This document shows, one piece after another, positions 38,448 to 48,065 of a DNA stretch of 64,000 nt. The notes under the pieces were generated by a model. The model worked only from the letters and a program-made list of their open reading frames with translations. It did not search any database and was not told the DNA's origin. The stretch is taken from the NCBI GenBank assembly GCA_016794365.1, contig JAEUKB010000053.1, positions 2,599-66,598 on the forward strand, given 5' to 3'. How positions within the stretch are numbered: position 1 is the first letter of the stretch; each line of letters begins with the position of its first letter. Made by a program: the position numbers and the translations under genes. Source of the DNA: Myxococcales bacterium (GTDB taxonomy: Bacteria > Myxococcota_A > Polyangia > Palsa-1104 > JAEUJZ01).

Positions 38448-38791
38448 GGTCCAGACCCGCCCGTACCTCGGCAGCCCCTAGATGGAAGAGGGTCTTCACC
38501 CTCCCGCAGCTCGGTACACGGCCAGTTGGCGAGGGTCTTTTCCTCTTGCTGCTGCCTGCTTCCCCACGTTGGGTGTGGTCGTCACCCTGAGCGAACGGGT
38601 CCGCGCCCCGATCTGGCTGGGTCTTCACCCTTCACTTCCTACATCGCGCCCTGTTCGGACAGGGTCTTTTCCTTGGCAAGCTGCCTCCGTCCCCAGTTTG
38701 CAGTGGGTCTTCACCCTGCCCGGTCGGTTCGCACACCGGATCCAGGTAGCGCTTGACCCGGTGGCAAGTGCAGACGTAGCGTTCTGGTTGT
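38448..38791. repeat. Tandem array B: 8 units of 43 bp with a palindromic GGGTCTTCACCC-type core
   Basis: Unit starts at 38448, 38491, 38534, 38577, 38620, 38663, 38706 and about 38749. Heads include GGGTCCAGACCC, GAGGGTCTTCACCCTC and GGGTCTTCACCC, alternating with degenerate GGGTCTTTTCCT heads. The array lies between the divergent starts at 38362 and 38833. Confidence 0.85.
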
Positions 38792-38832
38792 GTAGTTAAC
38801 GTCCACATCCCACTGGTTCTGGAGGCGTTCGC

Positions 38833-39813
38833 ATGCGCAAGACCGTTTTGACCGCAGTCTTTTCGGCAGCTCTGCTGGGTCTGGGTTCGCTCAGCGCATA
38901 TGGGTCCCCTCTTGGCGCAGCGCTCACCACGGTGAAGACGTTCGGCGCAGGGGAAAGTCCTGAGTCGATTGCCATCGATCGATTTGGGAACTCGTTCATC
39001 TCGGTGGGAAACACCATCCGCAAGCGAACGTACAGCGGCACCGAGAGCACGTTTATGACGCTGCCGATCTCTGCGTTTGTGCTGGGCGTCAAGGTCGGAA
39101 AAGACGGCTGCGTCTACAACACCAGCACCAGCTTGGACCCGGCGATCCCGGGTGCGTTTGTGTGGAAGACCTGCACGGCAGGCGCTCCCACCAAGTATGC
39201 AACCCTGGATGCGAGCGGCGGTCCAAACGATCTGGTGTTCGATGATGACGGCAACCTGTTTGTCACCGATGCCTTCCTGGGTCGCGTCTACAAGATCACG
39301 CCCAGCAAGACGGTCAGTGTGTGGCTGTCGCATCCACTGCTCAGTGGCAACGCAGCGTCTCCGTTCCTGCTGTTTCACGCCGTGGGAGTCGATGGCATCG
39401 CCTTTGATGAGGACAAAGAAAACCTCTACCTGGGAAACCTGGACTACGGACGCCTGATCCGCGTTCCCGTTGCATGTGATGGCAGCGCCGGAACGCCCGT
39501 GGTGGTGGCCACCGATACGCGGCTGCAAGGAATTGACGGCATCGCGCTCGATAAGGAAGGCACGATCTTCGCCGCCATCAATGGTCAAGACGGTCTGGTA
39601 TCGATAAGCCCCACCGGAACCATCACGACGCTGTTTACTGGCGTGCCCCTAGACGGTCCCGCCAGCGTCGCGTTCGGAACCCGGTCAGGAGATCGCCAGA
39701 CGCTCTACGTCGTCAACGGTGCGTTCATGCGCAGCTTTGGGCTCAAGCCCGGCACGCCGAGCCCGACGCTGCAATCGACCACCACCTGTGAGCCCGGCCT
39801 GCCCCTGCCGTAA
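38833..39813 (+). CDS. Secreted SMP-30/gluconolactonase/LRE-like six-bladed beta-propeller protein
   Basis: RBS GGAGG. Signal peptide MRKTVLTAVFSAALLGLGSLSAYG. Blades of the type PNDLVFDDDGNLFVTDAFLGRVYKI, GVDGIAFDEDKENLYLGN and GIDGIALDKEGTIFAA. Confidence 0.8.
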   Translation: MRKTVLTAVFSAALLGLGSLSAYGSPLGAALTTVKTFGAGESPESIAIDRFGNSFISVGNTIRKRTYSGTESTFMTLPISAFVLGVKVGKDGCVYNTSTSLDPAIPGAFVWKTCTAGAPTKYATLDASGGPNDLVFDDDGNLFVTDAFLGRVYKITPSKTVSVWLSHPLLSGNAASPFLLFHAVGVDGIAFDEDKENLYLGNLDYGRLIRVPVACDGSAGTPVVVATDTRLQGIDGIALDKEGTIFAAINGQDGLVSISPTGTITTLFTGVPLDGPASVAFGTRSGDRQTLYVVNGAFMRSFGLKPGTPSPTLQSTTTCEPGLPLP

Positions 39814-39908
39814 GGTCCACTGACCGTCTATACGGCCTGCCAGCGAGGCCGTCACACCAGCCGACCCCACGCCAAGCTGTGGTATGAGCCAAGTGGGTGA
39901 TCTCCACC

Positions 39909-40514
39909 ATGAACACACACGACAAGGACGCAGCCACCTTGCGGATTGGCCTGCTGTCGATTAGCGATCGCGCCTCGCAAGGCGTGTACGAAGACAAAGG
40001 AATCCCAGCGCTGCGGGAGTGGTTTGCGGCGGCGCTGACCTCGCCCTGGCAGCTTGAGGCGCGCCTGATTCCCGATGACCAGGCGACGATTGAACGAACG
40101 CTGATTGAGCTGGTGGACACGGCAGGCTGTCACTTGGTGCTAACGACTGGCGGCACCGGACCCGCGCCGCGCGATGTGACGCCGGAAGCGACGCTCAGCG
40201 TAGCGGACAAGGTGATGCCGGGCTTTGGGGAGCAGATGCGCCAGATCAGCCTGCACTTTGTGCCGACCGCGATCCTGTCGCGTCAGGTGGGCGTGATTCG
40301 CAAAGGAGCGCTCATCCTGAACCTACCGGGACAGCCCAAGTCAATTCGCGAGACGCTGGAAGGGGTCAAGGACGCGGCGGGACAGGCGGTGGTTCCGGGC
40401 ATCTTTGCGGCGGTGCCGTACTGTCTGGATCTGATTGGCGCGCCGTATGTCGAAACCGATGAGCGCGTCGTGAAAGCGTTCCGCCCCAAGTCTGCGGCAA
40501 AGCCCAAGACCTAA
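39909..40514 (+). CDS. mog: Molybdopterin adenylyltransferase (MogA/MoaB family)
   Basis: LRIGLLSISDRASQGVYEDKGIPAL, LVLTTGGTGPAPRDVTPEAT and LILNLPGQPKSIRE. ATG at 39909; an upstream GTG at 39897 is also possible. Confidence 0.88.
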   Translation: MNTHDKDAATLRIGLLSISDRASQGVYEDKGIPALREWFAAALTSPWQLEARLIPDDQATIERTLIELVDTAGCHLVLTTGGTGPAPRDVTPEATLSVADKVMPGFGEQMRQISLHFVPTAILSRQVGVIRKGALILNLPGQPKSIRETLEGVKDAAGQAVVPGIFAAVPYCLDLIGAPYVETDERVVKAFRPKSAAKPKT

Positions 40515-40607
40515 GCGGATCGCCCGGTTGCTGGTGAAGCCCCAGGCGTGCCCCAAAGCGCAGCGCCCAGGAGAGCGGCTGCGCGAAAGCGGCGGTGCGA
40601 GCTGGGG

Positions 40608-41927
40608 TTACGGCCAGATGCCGCGATCGCCGTAGGCGCGACGGATGCGATCGAGTCCGATGGCGTAGGCGGCGGTGCGCAGATCCAAGCGCTTTTCGTG
40701 GGCGAAGTCACGGACCCAGCCGTAGCTGCGCTTCATCTGCTTCTCTAGGCGGGCCTCCACCTCTTCGAGATCCCAGCGCTCCGAGCGCTTGTTCTGAAGC
40801 CACTCGTAGTAGGAAACGGTCACGCCACCGGAGTTTGCCAGGATGTCCGGCACGACGGTGATGCCGCGCTCGTTCAAGATGGTGTCGGCTTCGGGCCAGG
40901 TGGGGCCGTTGGCACCTTCGACAATCAAGCGAGCCTTGATGTTGCGCGCTTCCTGCTCGCCGATCTCCAGCTCGAGGGCGGCGGGAACCAGGATGTCGCA
41001 CTCGACGGCGAAGAACTCCTCGCGGCTGATCGGCTTCGAGTGCTTGTAGTCCACGACCGAGCCGGTCTTGCGAACGTGCTCCGCGAGCTTGTGCGGGTTA
41101 AGACCTTCGGGGTTGGCGATGTAGCCCTTGTAGTCGCCGGTCGCGACCAGCGAGACGCCGAGCTTCGACAGGATCTTGGCGGTAAACGAGCCGACGTTGC
41201 CAAAGCCCTGAATCGCGACGGTCTTGCCGGTCAGGTCAAAGCGACGATCCTTGGCCCACTCGGTGATGCAGTGGACGCAGCCTTGGCCGGTGGCGGCTTC
41301 GCGTCCGAGCGATCCGCCCGAGGTGATGCTCTTGCCGGTGACCACGCGGCGCATGGCGTTCTTGTCGAGCGCGCCCGCGATGTTCATGTACGTGTCCATC
41401 AGCCAGTTCATCACCTGACCGTTGGTGCCAACGTCGGGCGCGGGGATGTCGTACTCGGGACCGATCGAGCTAGCGAGTGCGTGGGTGAAGCGGCGAGTGA
41501 TGCGCTCGATTTCGCCGATGCTGTGCTGGGTCGGATCAAACTGCACGCCGCCTTTGCCGCCACCGAACGGGATGTCGTGCAGCGCGCTCTTCCAGGTCAT
41601 CGCCGAGGCCAGGCCGCGCACTTCTTCCAGACACACATCTTGGTGATAGCGAATGCCGCCTTTGTACGGTCCCAGGATGTTGTTGTGCTGAACGCGGTAG
41701 CCGGTAAACATCTGGTACTTGCCGTTGTCCATCCGCACCGGGAAGTGAACGATGATCTCGTTCTTCGGCTGGCCGAGGATGAGCGCAATCTCTTCGGGGA
41801 GGTTGATGGCCTTGGCCGCACGATCGATGTGGGTGTTGACGATCGCGCCGAGGTTGCCCTTGGGATGCTGCGTCGATTGAGCAGCGGGCGCGGGGACCGG
41901 AGTAGCAGACGATTTTTCTTTTGACAT
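40608..41927 (-). CDS. gdhA: Glu/Leu/Phe/Val-family (glutamate) dehydrogenase
   Basis: GPYKGGIRYHQDVCLEEVRGLASAMTWKSALHDIPFGGGKGGV (catalytic Lys motif) and IQGFGNVGS (Rossmann fold). Start trimmed to the ATG at 41927 (MSKEKSS). Confidence 0.9.
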   Translation of the reverse strand: MSKEKSSATPVPAPAAQSTQHPKGNLGAIVNTHIDRAAKAINLPEEIALILGQPKNEIIVHFPVRMDNGKYQMFTGYRVQHNNILGPYKGGIRYHQDVCLEEVRGLASAMTWKSALHDIPFGGGKGGVQFDPTQHSIGEIERITRRFTHALASSIGPEYDIPAPDVGTNGQVMNWLMDTYMNIAGALDKNAMRRVVTGKSITSGGSLGREAATGQGCVHCITEWAKDRRFDLTGKTVAIQGFGNVGSFTAKILSKLGVSLVATGDYKGYIANPEGLNPHKLAEHVRKTGSVVDYKHSKPISREEFFAVECDILVPAALELEIGEQEARNIKARLIVEGANGPTWPEADTILNERGITVVPDILANSGGVTVSYYEWLQNKRSERWDLEEVEARLEKQMKRSYGWVRDFAHEKRLDLRTAAYAIGLDRIRRAYGDRGIWP

Positions 41928-42022
41928 GGCTGTTTGTTCCTTGGCTAGTTCGCCTAAAAGCGCCACCGGATGTGAGTTTTGAAGACAACTAAGCGGCTAA
42001 CACGGCGGCAACTAGGTCCTAC

Positions 42023-43549
42023 ATGAGAACCCCAATCTACTCCAAAGCTCCGCGCCGAGATAGGTCCGCTGAGAAGGATTTTCTCGACGCTGCGCAGCAT
42101 ATTGAACCGCTGGGCCGGTCGGCCTCTGCCATCGGGAAGTCCGCTTCTGCTTCTGCACAAGGCGCGACGGATGCCCAGCTGTCCTACGGGGCGCAGCCTG
42201 AAGGTCCAGCCGGGAAAGCAGTGACTGCGATCTTTGACGCGGTGCAGCAGACGGCTCGGCAAAAGGGCTGGTTCGCGGCCAGCGCGGTCATCGGCAAGAG
42301 CCTGCGCGACGATCGCAAGCTGCACTCCCGCGAGCGGCGCTACGTTGGTGACACCGTGCATGCGATGCTACGTCGGCTGCGACGGCTGCGAACGCTGTGC
42401 GGTGGGAAAAATCCATCAAGCCAGGCGCTCTATGCGGCGCAGCTGGTCGATGAGTGGAGCGATGGACCCCAGAAAAACGACGCGCTGCCCGATGCGATCC
42501 ATCGCTTTGCCCGGCAGTGTGGGCTGACGGTGAGCGAGCTACAGTCGCGCGGGGCGCAGCTCTCGGCGCAGCTTGGTGCGCTCACGTCGCTTTCAGAGCC
42601 CGAGCAGGTCAAAGCCATCGGTGAGGCGCTGTCGTATCCCGACTGGCTGGTGTCGCTGCTGCTGACAGAGCTGGGGTTGGCTGCGGCGCAACAGATCCTG
42701 CGGGCGCAAAACGCTCGGGCGCGTCTGACGCTGCGCGCGAACCTGCTCAAGTGTAGTCGCGACGAGCTGCTGGCGAAGCTGCGCAGCCTGGGACTGTCCG
42801 CAGAGCCGACGCCGCTCGGGCCGTGGGGCGTGGTGCTCGATACGCATCTCAATGTCTACTCGCTGCCGCTTCACGAAGAAGGGCTGTGCGAGGTCCAAGA
42901 CGAAGCCAGCCAGCTGGTCGCAGAGCTGTGTGCGCCGCCTCCAGGTAGCTTGTTCGTCGATGCCTGTGCGGGAGCGGGCGGCAAGACGCTGGCCATCGGA
43001 GCGATGCTCGGCAATCGGGGACGGATCTTGGCGCTGGATATCGATGAGCGAAAGCTGTCCGAGCTAAAGCAGCGTGCGCGCCGAGCGGGCCTGACCAACA
43101 TCGAAACGCGCTGCCTGGATGAAGACGGCCTGCTTCACATGGTTCCCGAGCGCTTGGTCGGATCCGGCGCGCAGCGTGTGCTGGTCGATGCACCGTGCTC
43201 TGGTCTTGGGGTGCTGCGTCGCAATCCCGAAGCACGCTGGCGACTGTCGAAGACCGATATCGACGAGATCACGGTCAAGCAGAAGCGGATCTTGGCCGCG
43301 AGCGCCCGCCTGGTTGCGCCGCACGGACGGCTGATCTACGCGACCTGCACGATCTTGCGCCGCGAAAACGACGACATCGTTGATGACTTTCTGCGCAGCC
43401 ATCCCGACTTTGTCAGCGTCCCGGCCAAAGAGATCCTGGGATCCGCGCGCGCCAGCCAGTTCGGAGACGGTGAGCGCCTGCGCATCTACCCAACCGAGCA
43501 CGGTCCCGATGGCTTCTTCGCAGCGGTGCTCCGTCGCAAGCTAGGTTGA
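42023..43549 (+). CDS. rsmB: RsmB/NOP2/Sun-family RNA m5C methyltransferase
   Basis: FVDACAGAGGKTLAIGAML (SAM motif I), VLVDAPCSGLGVLRRNPE (motif IV Cys), LIYATCTILRRENDD (motif VI Cys). Confidence 0.85.
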   Translation: MRTPIYSKAPRRDRSAEKDFLDAAQHIEPLGRSASAIGKSASASAQGATDAQLSYGAQPEGPAGKAVTAIFDAVQQTARQKGWFAASAVIGKSLRDDRKLHSRERRYVGDTVHAMLRRLRRLRTLCGGKNPSSQALYAAQLVDEWSDGPQKNDALPDAIHRFARQCGLTVSELQSRGAQLSAQLGALTSLSEPEQVKAIGEALSYPDWLVSLLLTELGLAAAQQILRAQNARARLTLRANLLKCSRDELLAKLRSLGLSAEPTPLGPWGVVLDTHLNVYSLPLHEEGLCEVQDEASQLVAELCAPPPGSLFVDACAGAGGKTLAIGAMLGNRGRILALDIDERKLSELKQRARRAGLTNIETRCLDEDGLLHMVPERLVGSGAQRVLVDAPCSGLGVLRRNPEARWRLSKTDIDEITVKQKRILAASARLVAPHGRLIYATCTILRRENDDIVDDFLRSHPDFVSVPAKEILGSARASQFGDGERLRIYPTEHGPDGFFAAVLRRKLG

Positions 43550-44494
43550 TGGATCGTCGCGCCGAGGTGGAACCGCAACCCGACTGAAGTCTTCGGCAGC
43601 CACCACATCGGGAAACACAGCGGCGGCCTCGGCAATGTGACCGGCGGTGGACTGATAGCGCTGGGAAAAATGGGTCAGCACCAGCTTGCGCACGCCCGCT
43701 TGCTGGGCAATCCGCGCGGCTTGCTCGGCGGTCATGTGGGCGTATTCGTGCGCTTCGTGCTCATGCTCGCGGGTAAACGTCGCTTCGCTGACCAGGACAT
43801 CGGCTCCTTCGGCCAGACGCACTGCGTTTGGACAGGGCCGCGAGTCCATCACCACCGTGACCTTCTGGCCCAGACGCGGCGCGCTCACATCGGAAAGCCG
43901 GATCGTTTGGCCGTGCTGCTGAAGCTGACCGTCCGTCTGGAGTCGCTTGATGTCCGCGCCCTTTATGCCAAGCTGCGTAAGCCGCTCGGGCAGCATGCGA
44001 TGACCGTCGGCTTCTTCGATGCGATAGCCAAAGCACTCGACGCGATGATGCAGAGGCCGCGCCCAGATCTTGACCTTGGCCGCTTTTGACTCCGTCACCA
44101 AGATCGGTCCGTCGGGCGCATCGGGCGCTAGCTGGATCGGCTTTGGGACCAGCTCGGCCTGCTCTTTGTAAATCGATGCGTAGCGCAGTCGCTCAAAGAA
44201 CACCTGACCGCTCGCGGGATAGATAACCTCGACGGGATGAGGCACGCGATCGAGCGAAATCCGCTGCGACAGCGCCGCCAGCCCCAGACAGTGATCGCCG
44301 TGAAAGTGCGTGATCAAGATGTGGGTGATCTGCGTCGCGGCAATCCCAGCCAGCAGAAGCTGACGCTGCGTGCCTTCACCGGGATCGATCAAGATCCCGA
44401 GTGTGTCAAAGCGTACAAAGATGCCGTTGTGGTTGCGATGACGCGTCGGAACCTGACTGGCGGTGCCAAGGAATGTGATCTCGCGGGCGGACAT
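43541..44494 (-). CDS. rnz: Ribonuclease Z (MBL fold)
   Basis: ITFLGTASQVPTRHRNHNGIFV, ILIDPGEGTQRQL, ITHFHGDHCLGL (HxHxDH) and LTHFSQRY. Overlaps rsmB convergently by 9 nt. Confidence 0.85.
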   Translation of the reverse strand: MSAREITFLGTASQVPTRHRNHNGIFVRFDTLGILIDPGEGTQRQLLLAGIAATQITHILITHFHGDHCLGLAALSQRISLDRVPHPVEVIYPASGQVFFERLRYASIYKEQAELVPKPIQLAPDAPDGPILVTESKAAKVKIWARPLHHRVECFGYRIEEADGHRMLPERLTQLGIKGADIKRLQTDGQLQQHGQTIRLSDVSAPRLGQKVTVVMDSRPCPNAVRLAEGADVLVSEATFTREHEHEAHEYAHMTAEQAARIAQQAGVRKLVLTHFSQRYQSTAGHIAEAAAVFPDVVAAEDFSRVAVPPRRDDPST

Positions 44495-44624
44495 GTTCAG
44501 TCAGCATGCCAAACCTTGGACCCGGCGGTGGATCCAAACTGTCACTTTGCCGCGTTTGCATCTTGAGCGCAGGCCCCGTTCCAAAAGAAAATGATCGGAT
44601 ACCCGTAGTGTTTGTGGAGGAGCT

Positions 44625-45161
44625 ATGCAGCCACGTATTCGCAGACGGATGATTGCCCTGCTACTGCCGGTTTGGCTGGTGGCCTGCGGCAAAAATCCCG
44701 AAGAGAAAGCTGCCGAGATCGGCAAGGAAGTCGATTTGGCACTTGGCTCGCAGCGCTGGGAGCAGGCCGAAAAGAAGGCGCAGGAAGTGCTCGCGATTGC
44801 CAAGATCAGCGACGCGACGCGCGATCAGGCACGGCTCAAGCTGGAGCAGGCCAAGAGCGAGCAGCAAGCCAAGCTTCACTACCAGCGCTTCGTTGGAGCC
44901 GCCGATACCGATCACGACACCGCGATGGCTGCCTATCGCGACATGGCCCAGGGCTCGTACTATCGGACGCTCGCGAAGGGTGAGCACGATCGCATCTTGC
45001 CGAGCTACGTCGCCGACCACATGGAAAAAGCCACCAGCGCATCCTTTAACGGACGCTGTGCCGACGCCAAGCAGCAGCTTCAGCTCGTCCTCGATGTCGA
45101 TCCGCAGAACGCCAAGGCCGTCGAGCTAAGCAAAAAGCCCTGCACCAAAAAAGCCGACTAA
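44625..45161 (+). CDS. Helical (TPR-like) lipoprotein, unknown function
   Basis: MQPRIRRRMIALLLPVWLVACGKNPE lipobox followed by a helical repeat body. The stop codon overlaps the 5' arm of structured element copy 3. Confidence 0.75.
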   Translation: MQPRIRRRMIALLLPVWLVACGKNPEEKAAEIGKEVDLALGSQRWEQAEKKAQEVLAIAKISDATRDQARLKLEQAKSEQQAKLHYQRFVGAADTDHDTAMAAYRDMAQGSYYRTLAKGEHDRILPSYVADHMEKATSASFNGRCADAKQQLQLVLDVDPQNAKAVELSKKPCTKKAD

Positions 45162-45283
45162 GAACGTCGAACCAAACCGTCATGAGGAACCCCGAGTGCC
45201 AAGAGAAGGCCCGGAGCGTACGAAGTACGTGAGGACCGACGATGCAGCAAGCGGGGTCCGCAGTAGGTTTGATTCGGCGTTCT
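45161..45283. repeat. Copy 3 of the ~124-nt structured intergenic element
   Basis: Outer arms agaacgtcgaaccaaacc / ggtttgattcggcgttct. The core has ggaaccccg...cggggtcc (a compensatory change relative to copies 1 and 2) and a gaa loop in the central hairpin. It fills the whole gap between two convergent stop codons. Confidence 0.85.
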
Positions 45284-47783
45284 AAAAGTCTGCGCGCAGT
45301 CCGAGGTTCGGAAAGAAAGGAAGACCCGTCACGGGCGCAGACTGAGAGAGCTGTCTGCCACCATAGGCGAGCTGCTCGGTATTTTTGTTGGCATAAAGAT
45401 TTTGCAGATCCAGATACAGCGCAAACTTCCAGCGATTGAAGACCCAGGTGCGATCGATTCGTAGATCGAGCTGATGAAAGTCCGGCAAGCGATCGGAATT
45501 GAACGTACCCACAATGGGAGTCCAGGTCTGGCTGCCGGTGTCGCGGATTCCACCGAGGACGGGCGTTGTGGGATTGCCAGTGATGTAGCGGAAGCGTAGG
45601 CCGACCTCGAGTCCGAGGCGTTGCCAAGGGAGTCGGTAGCTCGCGATCAGCGTCAAGATGTGGGTCTGATCGTACGAAAACAGTCGCCATGGCTCATCGG
45701 GAGAGTCCTTCCGTTCGCTGCGTGAAACGGTATAGGACAGCCAGCCAAACAGTCCCTTCCACAGTCGCTGACGCAGCAGAAAGTCTCCGCCCACTGTGCG
45801 TCCGATTCCGAAGTTGCTGTAGCGCGTATAGGGATCGGTCACGATCAGCGAACGGAACTCTCGATAGAAAAACTGTCCTTGCGCGCTCAGCGTGGGGGTG
45901 AGATCGGACTCAAATCCGGTGACGTAGGTGGTGCTCTGTTGTTGATCGAGCTGAGGATTCCCATAGCTTAGCGAGGCTTCGCGCACCGCAGGAACTTGGT
46001 GAAAGGAGCCGATTCCGAACTTCCAGCGCAGCCAGCGCGGAATGATCTGAAATGACAGAAACAGCCGAGGCTCTGGAGTCACAAAGTTGTTCGAGAGCGT
46101 TCCTTCATACGCTTGCTGAAACAACATGGAGAGACGGAGCTGCGGCGACACGATCAGCCGACCATTCCAGAACTCAAAGTGCGAAATGAGATACGGCGCT
46201 ACGCTCACCGAGTGGAGGACAGTCTGTTCCGCAATCGATTGCTGAAGCGTAGAGGGTGCATCTGAACTACCCCGATCGGAGCTGCCATCACCCAGCGTTC
46301 CGGCCAGCCCTTGGGTCGTCTGCACATCGTATTGAGTATGATATCCAGCCAGCTCGATTCCTGTGGTCAAGCGGACAAAGGGAGGGAGTCTCTGCTGAAG
46401 CTCTGCGCGCAGTCCGTAATCGACCGACGTACTGTCTGTGGACAGCGGAATGCCACCCAGACCCAGCTCTCCAGTTGTGGCGCGCTGGACGGTGCCGCCG
46501 AAGTAGGGCTGCACGGTAAGCACGCTCTGTGCAGAGAAGCGATGAATCCAGCGCAGGATGACCCGACTAAAATAGGAGTGTGTATCCAGCGCAAGCTGCA
46601 CAGCTGGATCGGGTGCATCGTTGCGGATGCTGATTCTGTCTGTTGCACCCAAGATGAAGACATCCAATTCATTGCGAATGCTCGGACGATAACGGAGTGC
46701 AAGCTGATAGTCCCAGTACGAAGGTGAGAGCTGATAATCAGACACCTTGAACAGCGGCAAAAACGCAGAGATCCAGCTGACGCGGGCCCCCGCAAAGAAG
46801 TGAAGGTTCTTCGTGATCGATCCTTCCAGCGTCACTGCTCCATCGATAAGATCGAGCGACACCGATCCATGCAGCTTGTCCGAGCTGGGCGCACGGAGCT
46901 TGATGTCCACCAGGCCTCCCAAGCGACGACCGAAGTCCGCACCGTACGCACCGGGCTTGAACGATACCTCGCTGACAAAGTCCCCCGGAATGACAGAGCG
47001 CAGACCCGCTGCATGAAACGCGGACGGAATCTCGACTCCTTCTGCATAGACCGCAGTGTCTCTGGGCGCAGATCCCCAGATGATGAGCTGACCACTTGTG
47101 ACCGGCACGCGTGCGACGCCAGGCAGGTTCTGAATCGCTTTGATCGGATCGTTTTGGTTGCCAGGAATCCGCGTCAGCTCACTTGTATCCAGGACGTGCT
47201 CGGCGGCACTGCGGGCCTGCTGGGTTGCGCGCACGACCGCACCAAACGGAACCTTGCGCAGCGGTGCATACAAGACCAAGCCTCTGCGTAGTGGCACGCG
47301 GATGAGCTCGCGGACTTCCGTGGGTTCGATCAGCGGCCCTCGTAGTGCGATGCGATAATCGCCCGCTGGTACAGCTGGAAACAGAAAGCGACCGCTGGCA
47401 TCCGTGCTGGTCTGCTGGATCGGCTCAGGCTGTCCGAAAGTAGACCGCAGGAGCTGTACTTGTACGTCTTGCAGCGGATCGCGGTTCCCTTGCGTAAGCA
47501 CCGTTCCTGCCAGGCTACTCTTTCGTGATGTGGCAGACAGGGGCGCTCCGTTTGCGGCAAAACCCGACGGTGCGGGCTCCGGTCCTTCTCCGATGGGGGC
47601 GGGCTCCTGTTCGTCTCCAGCGGGTGCGGGCTCTGGTCCTTCTCCGATGGGGGCAGGCTCTGGTCCTTCTCCGGCGGGTGCGGGCTCTGAATCGTCGGGC
47701 GCTGCGGAGTGTGCCGCGTACGTCTCACGAACAGACAAAGTCAAACAGGACAGAAAGACTGTAAACAGACTGATCCCGCGCAC
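45282..47783 (-). CDS. TonB-dependent receptor-like outer-membrane protein with a CarboxypepD_reg-like domain and an N-terminal Pro/Glu repeat
   Basis: GTG start with GGGGGAA RBS. Signal peptide MRGISLFTVFLSCLTLSVRETYA, PAPxGEGPEPAP repeats, LAGTVLT...DASGRFLFPAVPAGDYRI, plug block IPGNQNDPIKAIQNLPGVAR, a long beta-barrel, and a terminal LGLRADF. Confidence 0.85.
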   Translation of the reverse strand: MRGISLFTVFLSCLTLSVRETYAAHSAAPDDSEPAPAGEGPEPAPIGEGPEPAPAGDEQEPAPIGEGPEPAPSGFAANGAPLSATSRKSSLAGTVLTQGNRDPLQDVQVQLLRSTFGQPEPIQQTSTDASGRFLFPAVPAGDYRIALRGPLIEPTEVRELIRVPLRRGLVLYAPLRKVPFGAVVRATQQARSAAEHVLDTSELTRIPGNQNDPIKAIQNLPGVARVPVTSGQLIIWGSAPRDTAVYAEGVEIPSAFHAAGLRSVIPGDFVSEVSFKPGAYGADFGRRLGGLVDIKLRAPSSDKLHGSVSLDLIDGAVTLEGSITKNLHFFAGARVSWISAFLPLFKVSDYQLSPSYWDYQLALRYRPSIRNELDVFILGATDRISIRNDAPDPAVQLALDTHSYFSRVILRWIHRFSAQSVLTVQPYFGGTVQRATTGELGLGGIPLSTDSTSVDYGLRAELQQRLPPFVRLTTGIELAGYHTQYDVQTTQGLAGTLGDGSSDRGSSDAPSTLQQSIAEQTVLHSVSVAPYLISHFEFWNGRLIVSPQLRLSMLFQQAYEGTLSNNFVTPEPRLFLSFQIIPRWLRWKFGIGSFHQVPAVREASLSYGNPQLDQQQSTTYVTGFESDLTPTLSAQGQFFYREFRSLIVTDPYTRYSNFGIGRTVGGDFLLRQRLWKGLFGWLSYTVSRSERKDSPDEPWRLFSYDQTHILTLIASYRLPWQRLGLEVGLRFRYITGNPTTPVLGGIRDTGSQTWTPIVGTFNSDRLPDFHQLDLRIDRTWVFNRWKFALYLDLQNLYANKNTEQLAYGGRQLSQSAPVTGLPFFPNLGLRADF

Positions 47784-48065
47784 CGTGATGTTCCCCCAAG
47801 TGCCGAGGAATCAATGCGAGTCCGCGAAGGCCTCGTGCTGCGCTGCGCAAGCACGCTGTTTGGCTCATCACGCCGCGCCCCAGCTCCGCAGGTAACGTCC
47901 AAGGAAATGATATCACGCACAGCGGACTACGCGAGCCGGTCACCAGTGCGGTCGCGCTCCGATCTTTTCCGTCGGAAGCATCCGATCCACTGGCCTTCAG
48001 AGCACAAGATCACACCTGTCCCGACAGCACAGCCAGTTCCGTTTGCGTGTCGCTTCAGACGCTGG

